The position numbers and the translations under genes are program-made. The notes under the pieces were generated by a model. The model did not search any database. It was not told the DNA's origin and saw nothing but the letters and a program-made list of their open reading frames with translations. This document shows positions 58,688 through 64,000 of a stretch of DNA of 64,000 bases, in pieces (the stretch's first letter is position 1; every line of letters begins with the position of its first letter). This stretch comes from Candidatus Babelota bacterium (GTDB lineage: Bacteria; Babelota; Babeliae; Babelales; CAIQNR01), in contig CBFHTA010000001.1 of the NCBI GenBank assembly GCA_965658655.1, positions 296,722 through 360,721 on the forward strand, written 5' to 3'.

Positions 58688-59362
58688 TTAATCCTTACCT
58701 TTCGGGATAAGGTATTTGTGGCAAAGTGAAATGCAAGGCACCGCAATAGAAATTGCAATAACTTTTACAATGTAGCTAAAAACAATAATATTACCAATAT
58801 TAGCCACATTGCCGTAAAGGCCTAAGAAAGCAAAAAGGATAGTATCTGCCAATTGTGCAATCAGAAGTGCACCCATAGATTTAATATAAAAATATCCGTC
58901 ACCCAATTTTTTAGTAAATATATTAAAGAGTCCAAGGTTAATAGATTTACTGATAGCTGATACTATAAATGATGCAATAATAATTCGTGGCATAAAGCCA
59001 AGAAGATAATCGTAATGGATAGATGACGTATCGTGTGTATTAGGAATATACATAATTAAAAATTGAGAAACGATTAAGAAAAAAATGGCAGTATAGATTC
59101 CTACTCCAATAGAGCGCTTTGCTTCTTTCTGCCCATAGTATTCACGTAGTAAGGTAACGCCCATATTCGAACCAATAGCAAATACGTCTGAGGTAACTAC
59201 GTCAAGACCAAAGAGGGTTACTTCTTTAACTACAAATAGATTTCCGAGTACCCAAGCAACCGAAGTAAAAGCATAAAGAGCTCCGGATCCAAAAAATACG
59301 GCACCAATGGCAAAGCCAGATACCAGAATACTCTGAGTGACAAATAATATCTCGTTCCACAT
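58688..59362 (-). CDS. yhhQ: Queuosine precursor/queuine transporter (YhhQ/VUT family)
   Basis: GNLFVVK, LREYYG..AK, PRIIIAS and AQLADTILF; directly upstream of tgt. Confidence 0.88.
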   Translation of the reverse strand: MWNEILFVTQSILVSGFAIGAVFFGSGALYAFTSVAWVLGNLFVVKEVTLFGLDVVTSDVFAIGSNMGVTLLREYYGQKEAKRSIGVGIYTAIFFLIVSQFLIMYIPNTHDTSSIHYDYLLGFMPRIIIASFIVSAISKSINLGLFNIFTKKLGDGYFYIKSMGALLIAQLADTILFAFLGLYGNVANIGNIIVFSYIVKVIAISIAVPCISLCHKYLIPKGKD

Positions 59363-59626
59363 AAGCAATATCCTTGAAAAAGAGTGTGTTAACAGTATAT
59401 CTTGTATATTACTTAATTGAAGGGTTACCGGGGGGAAACTCAAGAAAAAAGGTTCATTTTTTTTGAATCTTCCTTTTTTAAGCTTATTGGGGTCTCCTCT
59501 TATTGATTTCAGTGGAGAGATCATGAAGCAAAAAGCCTTACTTTTCTTTTTTTTAAAAAATCTTCATGAGACAACTGTTGTTTAAATGGGATGAGTTTTA
59601 ATTAAAATCCAGTTAGGGGGACGAAT

Positions 59627-59848
59627 ATGAAGCGATTACTATTTTTATTATTGACTATGAGTCTGCCGATACAGACAAATCATTGGTTAGAAAGTACTGA
59701 TGAACGAATTTCATATGAATGTGTTCATTGTGAAGAACCATTGTCTCGATCTGAAGTTTCACTTGCTTTGTTAACAGCTATTCACCAAGAGCCACCAACT
59801 TTTATCTGTGACAAATGCAGAAATAAGTTGGAAAAAGTAGAAGATTAA
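59627..59848 (+). CDS. Small protein with signal-like N-terminus and CxxC...CxxC
   Basis: CVHC...CDKC; AGGGGG RBS. Confidence 0.6.
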   Translation: MKRLLFLLLTMSLPIQTNHWLESTDERISYECVHCEEPLSRSEVSLALLTAIHQEPPTFICDKCRNKLEKVED

Positions 59849-59862
59849 GGAGGTTTATTGTA

Positions 59863-60162
59863 ATGAAAATCTATGTAGGTATTTTATTGTTTTCGATCAC
59901 GTTACTTCATTCTGGAAGTCAGGAAGAAGAATCTCATGAAGAAGCAATTTTAAACGAACTTGTTAACCAACACTCTAGTGAGAATGATTATCAAGAAATA
60001 TTTAAGTTGTATTTTCAAATGTATTCAGAATGGTTAAAAAGAGAAAATATTTCAAACGAAGATAAAAAAAAATATACTCAACTAGTTCAGCATGGAAAGA
60101 ATCAAATAAAACGTTACCAAAAACGCCTTGATAAAGCCCGGGTTGATCAAGTGCAATCTTAA
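59863..60162 (+). CDS. Hypothetical exported protein
   Basis: AAGGAGG RBS; signal peptide. Confidence 0.65.
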   Translation: MKIYVGILLFSITLLHSGSQEEESHEEAILNELVNQHSSENDYQEIFKLYFQMYSEWLKRENISNEDKKKYTQLVQHGKNQIKRYQKRLDKARVDQVQS

Positions 60163-60179
60163 TAAAGTTCTCGAGAATA

Positions 60180-61115
60180 TTACTTGGAAAGTAAAGGATA
60201 CTTTTTAAATCCTACAAAAATACATTCAGGTTCAGGAACAATCCCAAATTCTTTCTTTACTTTTTCTTGAAGAAGGCGTGCCAATTGGACGATCTCATGA
60301 GATGTGCCATTCCCGCGATTTAAGAGCATGTTTGCATGTTGTGGAGAAACTTGTACGTCTCCTACTTGTGCTGCTCCTTTAACACCAATTTTATCTAGAT
60401 AATAAGCAACATAAATCATTTTTTTATTGTCATACATTAAAGAAACTTCATTTGGATGAAAATTTCTAAAGAAGCTACCGCAAGTGTTTTCTTTAGGATA
60501 GCGCGAGATGCGGTGACGAATAATTTCCCATCTTCTTCCTCGGGCAAATGCGCCGCCATTATCGTCTACTACTTCGAGTTGAAATGTTGCATTTATTAAA
60601 TAATATTCTTTTTCCATGAGCTTTGATTTGTCATAGCCAAACTGAAACCATTCTGTATTAACTTTTTTAATGGTGCCAGTCGGAATATGAATAACCTCAG
60701 CTTCTAATAAATAGTCACTAATAAAGGCTTCAAAGTAATGTAGGTTAATATAAACAGCGCCGCCAACAGTTCCAGGAATATAAGAAAAAATTTCTAAACC
60801 AATAAGATTGTTATCAACAGCTAATCCAATCAGATCATCCATACGTGTGCCAGCGTTGGCAGTTATCAATCCAGTTTTTGTGTTGAGTATAGGATTGTTT
60901 TTTTGAGGATGAATAACAAGACCATCAAAGCCATCATCATTGATCAGAATATTGGCGCCTTCACCTAAAACAAAAATCTCTAGATTGTTTTTTTGAGCAA
61001 AGGTTAATGCTTCTTTAAAATCTTGAGTTGTTTCTGGTTGACAAAAATAGCGAGCAGGCCCGCCAGTTTTAAACCAATTTTTATCGTTAAGCGGTATATT
61101 CTCTTGTATTTTCAT
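60180..61115 (-). CDS. murB: UDP-N-acetylenolpyruvoylglucosamine reductase
   Basis: GGPA, LGEGANIL, IPGTVGGA, GSFFRN and HANMLLN motifs. Confidence 0.95.
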   Translation of the reverse strand: MKIQENIPLNDKNWFKTGGPARYFCQPETTQDFKEALTFAQKNNLEIFVLGEGANILINDDGFDGLVIHPQKNNPILNTKTGLITANAGTRMDDLIGLAVDNNLIGLEIFSYIPGTVGGAVYINLHYFEAFISDYLLEAEVIHIPTGTIKKVNTEWFQFGYDKSKLMEKEYYLINATFQLEVVDDNGGAFARGRRWEIIRHRISRYPKENTCGSFFRNFHPNEVSLMYDNKKMIYVAYYLDKIGVKGAAQVGDVQVSPQHANMLLNRGNGTSHEIVQLARLLQEKVKKEFGIVPEPECIFVGFKKYPLLSK

Positions 61116-61130
61116 TACTCTTCTTTATTG

Positions 61131-62045
61131 TTAAATTTCAGCGGCAACGCGTGCCAGTTTCTTTCTGGTATTTACTTTCCCTGCGGTAACTAAAGCAATA
61201 CATGCTTGGCTACAACATTCTTGTGATTTAGTAATACACTCTGGGCAGCCCAAAAATTGTTTGTTGCATTGTGCATTAATACAGTTGGTGTAATAATCGC
61301 AAGGAGCATCGCACATATCGCAATTGCTTAAAATGTCATCGTTTACCTTATGAGAAACACGACCATCAAATACGTAGTTAGATCCTCTAAAGTGGCCGTC
61401 AGGGAACTTTTCTATATAGCGATGAATGCCACCTTCAATTTGATATACTTTTTGGGCAACGCCTTTTTTATTTACGTACGCAGATGCTCGTTCGCAACGA
61501 ATACCACCGGTGCACATCATGAGAACAGTTTTGTCTTTAAGTTCATTAACGTGTTCATCAACGTATTCTGGAAACTCTCTAAAATATTTTTTATCTGGGC
61601 ACATGGATCCTGGAATAGTTCCAATACGTGTTTCGTAATTGTTACGAGTATCAATAATCACTAAGTTATCGGGTTTGTTGTTTAGGAGTTCGTGAGTTTG
61701 TTCTGGAGTTAAATGTTGACCGCCATCTGCAGTGGTGAGGTCTTTTGGATCGATACCTAGGTTGACGATTTCTTTTTTGATTTGAACTCGAATGCGTGGA
61801 AAATACCGTTCGTCACCGGGAGCAGTTTTAAAATCTATGCCACCGAATGATTCATGGGCATTCATAGCCTCTATGTAAGCTTGTGTTGCCTCTTCCGATC
61901 CACCAACGGTTCCATTGATGCCTTCGGTCGCCAGAATAATACGACCAGTCAGGCCTAATTTTTTACATAAACGTTTTTGCCATTTTGCAACGGCTTCTGG
62001 TATTTCAAGCTCAACATATTTATAAAACAGTAAAATTTTTCCCAT
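61131..62045 (-). CDS. trhO: tRNA uridine(34) hydroxylase, rhodanese-domain UPF0176
   Basis: GRIILATEGINGT, DTRNNYE, CTGGIRCERAS and YVFDGR motifs. Confidence 0.92.
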   Translation of the reverse strand: MGKILLFYKYVELEIPEAVAKWQKRLCKKLGLTGRIILATEGINGTVGGSEEATQAYIEAMNAHESFGGIDFKTAPGDERYFPRIRVQIKKEIVNLGIDPKDLTTADGGQHLTPEQTHELLNNKPDNLVIIDTRNNYETRIGTIPGSMCPDKKYFREFPEYVDEHVNELKDKTVLMMCTGGIRCERASAYVNKKGVAQKVYQIEGGIHRYIEKFPDGHFRGSNYVFDGRVSHKVNDDILSNCDMCDAPCDYYTNCINAQCNKQFLGCPECITKSQECCSQACIALVTAGKVNTRKKLARVAAEI

Positions 62046-62129
62046 AACGGCACTTCTCTTTGCATTTTTATTGAATTACAGATCTCTGTCAGTATACCAT
62101 AGAGCTTTTAAACTTTCTAAGGGGTAAAA

Positions 62130-62693
62130 ATGCAGAATCGATTTCTTGTTGTTTTGCTGGTAATAAGGACAGTATCTGCCAGTTCTCATCCTGATGATTT
62201 ATTATCTTGGTCACCGCCCTCTTGGTCTCCACCTGTTCCTGAAGTATCGAGTAGTGAATCGTCTGGCTCTAATTCTTCATTGTCGCCTGAAGTTTCTTCA
62301 GTTTCATTTTTTGAGACAGTTGATGAATACAAAAAGGCCATTAAAGATTTAGCGGAAAGGGAAAGAGAGTCTACGTCTGTAGATCTTGAAGATAAAAAAG
62401 TAACGTTTACTCGTATGGGTAAAGAATGGCACTTAGTTGCAACGTCAGGTTGTATTTTTAAAGATTGTATATTGGTTGAATCAAAATTCTATATAGAAGC
62501 AATGCTTTGTGGAAATCGTGAAGAACATATAGGCCAGCAATCAGTTACGTTTAAAGCTTGTACAGATGACCTGTGTCGGTCTCATCCACCATCTGTGGGA
62601 GCATGGTCAATTTTAGAAGAAAATGGGCTTGTAGGTAGTTCTGTCGATAAGTACTTTAAAGTGGTATCAGGTTCTGATGATACTGTTGGATGA
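62130..62693 (+). CDS. Hypothetical exported protein with Ser/Pro-rich N-region
   Basis: Signal peptide; SWSPPSWSPP. Confidence 0.6.
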   Translation: MQNRFLVVLLVIRTVSASSHPDDLLSWSPPSWSPPVPEVSSSESSGSNSSLSPEVSSVSFFETVDEYKKAIKDLAERERESTSVDLEDKKVTFTRMGKEWHLVATSGCIFKDCILVESKFYIEAMLCGNREEHIGQQSVTFKACTDDLCRSHPPSVGAWSILEENGLVGSSVDKYFKVVSGSDDTVG

Positions 62694-62775
62694 GTTGCAT
62701 CAGTTGTACTTTTGTCCTATTCTAAGCACTAGAAAAAGGTTTTGAAACGTTTGTTACCGTGCAAAGGCTCCACTC

Positions 62776-64000
62776 ATGAAATTGTCGCTTCGGTGGGTAT
62801 GTGACCACCTTGAAATTGATTGGAAAAAGATCAATGTTGAAAAGCTTGTAGAAAAATTTAATACTACTACGGCAGAAATCGAAGAGTTTGAAAAATATAC
62901 GCTTGATCTTAAACCCTTTGCATTGGCTCAAGTTATAAGTTCGTCTAAAAATGGTTGTGCGTTAGAATGTCCAGAATGGAAAAGCAAACCAGTGTTGCCT
63001 GCTAGGACCGACGCTCAAAAAAGCGCTTGGTATCTCATTAAAAAAGAGGGTGACAAAGTAGAATGGGTAAGTCCTGCTGATTTTGATTGTGAAAAAGAAG
63101 GTTTATTACCAGCGTTTTTTTGTTCAGAAAAAGATGCTAGATCAGGTGCATGGAAAAAACAGATAGAGACAGAAGATTATATTCTTGATGTAGACAATAA
63201 ATCTATCACTCATAGGCCAGACATGTGGAGCCATCGTGGATTTGCTCGTGAAGTAGCAGCATTTCTCGATATTCCTCTCGTTCCAGAGTCTCAATTTTTA
63301 ACTAAGATTCCTTTGATTACAGAAACCAAAAAATTTAAAGCGAGTAAAGAAATACCTTTTTCTATTTCATTAGATGCTTCTGGGTGTAAACGTTTTTCAG
63401 CTTTATATATTGATGATATTGCATGGCAGCCGTCGGATTTAGTTATGGCAAGTAGGTTGTTACGTTTAGATAATCGAGCAATAGATTTATTTGTTGATGC
63501 AACCAACTATGCAATGCTTGATATTGGTCAGCCACTTCATGCATTTGATGCAGATCAATTGGCAGGTAAAACAATTGGTCCTCGTTTGGCAAAGAAGGGC
63601 GAAAAACTCAAACTACTGGATGAAACAAAACTTAATCTTACTAAAGACGATATGGTAATCGCTGATAGCAAACAGCCTCTTGCGCTTGCAGGTATTAAAG
63701 GTGGTTTATCTAGCGGAGTAACTCCTGAAACACGCGCTATTTTGTTAGAATCAGCGAATTTTGATGCAACACCAGTTCGTTTATCTGCTGCACATCATAA
63801 AGTGCGAACAGAAGCTTCTGCTCGTTTTGAAAAATCACTTGATCCAAACCAAAACGTTCTAGGAATTATGCGCTTTGTAAAATTACTCAAAAATGCAGAT
63901 GCAGAGATTTCTTATACTCCAAAGATCGTATCTCTTGGTTCAGTGGCAAAAACCAGTACAATTAAAGTGGCACATGAGTTTATAGAGAAGAAATTAGGTA
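62776..64000 (+). CDS. pheT: Phenylalanine--tRNA ligase beta subunit (3' end runs off the window)
   Basis: Not in the ORF track; translated by hand: MKLSLRWV, DNKSITHRPDMWSHRGFAREVAA, VDATNYAMLDIGQPLHAFDAD, RTEASARFEK. Confidence 0.95.
   Translation, partial: MKLSLRWVCDHLEIDWKKINVEKLVEKFNTTTAEIEEFEKYTLDLKPFALAQVISSSKNGCALECPEWKSKPVLPARTDAQKSAWYLIKKEGDKVEWVSPADFDCEKEGLLPAFFCSEKDARSGAWKKQIETEDYILDVDNKSITHRPDMWSHRGFAREVAAFLDIPLVPESQFLTKIPLITETKKFKASKEIPFSISLDASGCKRFSALYIDDIAWQPSDLVMASRLLRLDNRAIDLFVDATNYAMLDIGQPLHAFDADQLAGKTIGPRLAKKGEKLKLLDETKLNLTKDDMVIADSKQPLALAGIKGGLSSGVTPETRAILLESANFDATPVRLSAAHHKVRTEASARFEKSLDPNQNVLGIMRFVKLLKNADAEISYTPKIVSLGSVAKTSTIKVAHEFIEKKLG

Noticed and set aside
59363..59620. 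preQ1 riboswitch upstream of yhhQ-tgt
   Set aside because: No stem plus A-rich tail matching preQ1-I was found on the minus strand.

Overview
This is an AT-rich, gene-dense bacterial chromosome segment. No rRNA, tRNA, CRISPR array or recognisable mobile element was seen. Housekeeping genes are mutL (partial), prmC, rnhB, rpsF, rpsR, truA, gpmI, rsmE, tsaB, ruvX, murE, hppA, mltA, nrdAB, tkt, rpoD, dnaG, lgt-like, mnmG, mraY, tgt, murB, trhO and pheT (partial). They are scattered among roughly 25 orphan ORFs with N-terminal export signals. This organisation, together with Chlamydia-like traits (class Ic ribonucleotide reductase, queuine-type TGT plus YhhQ), suggests an intracellular parasite of eukaryotes, most plausibly Dependentiae/TM6. 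That placement is inference, not tested. The most notable signals are: (1) metabolic enzymes carrying signal peptides and rewired active sites (a PurA-like protein, a PhnX-like protein and a PhnX-cap/His-rich derivative); (2) a secreted low-complexity protein with Stm1/SERBP1-like motifs in matching order; (3) an LRR-LRR-beta-barrel locus with an amber stop inside one signal peptide; (4) a secreted protein gene split by a single poly-A frameshift; (5) an array of small exported proteins joined by a perfect 54-bp leader repeat. Family assignments and reference residue numbers are from recall of family motifs; no database searches were run.
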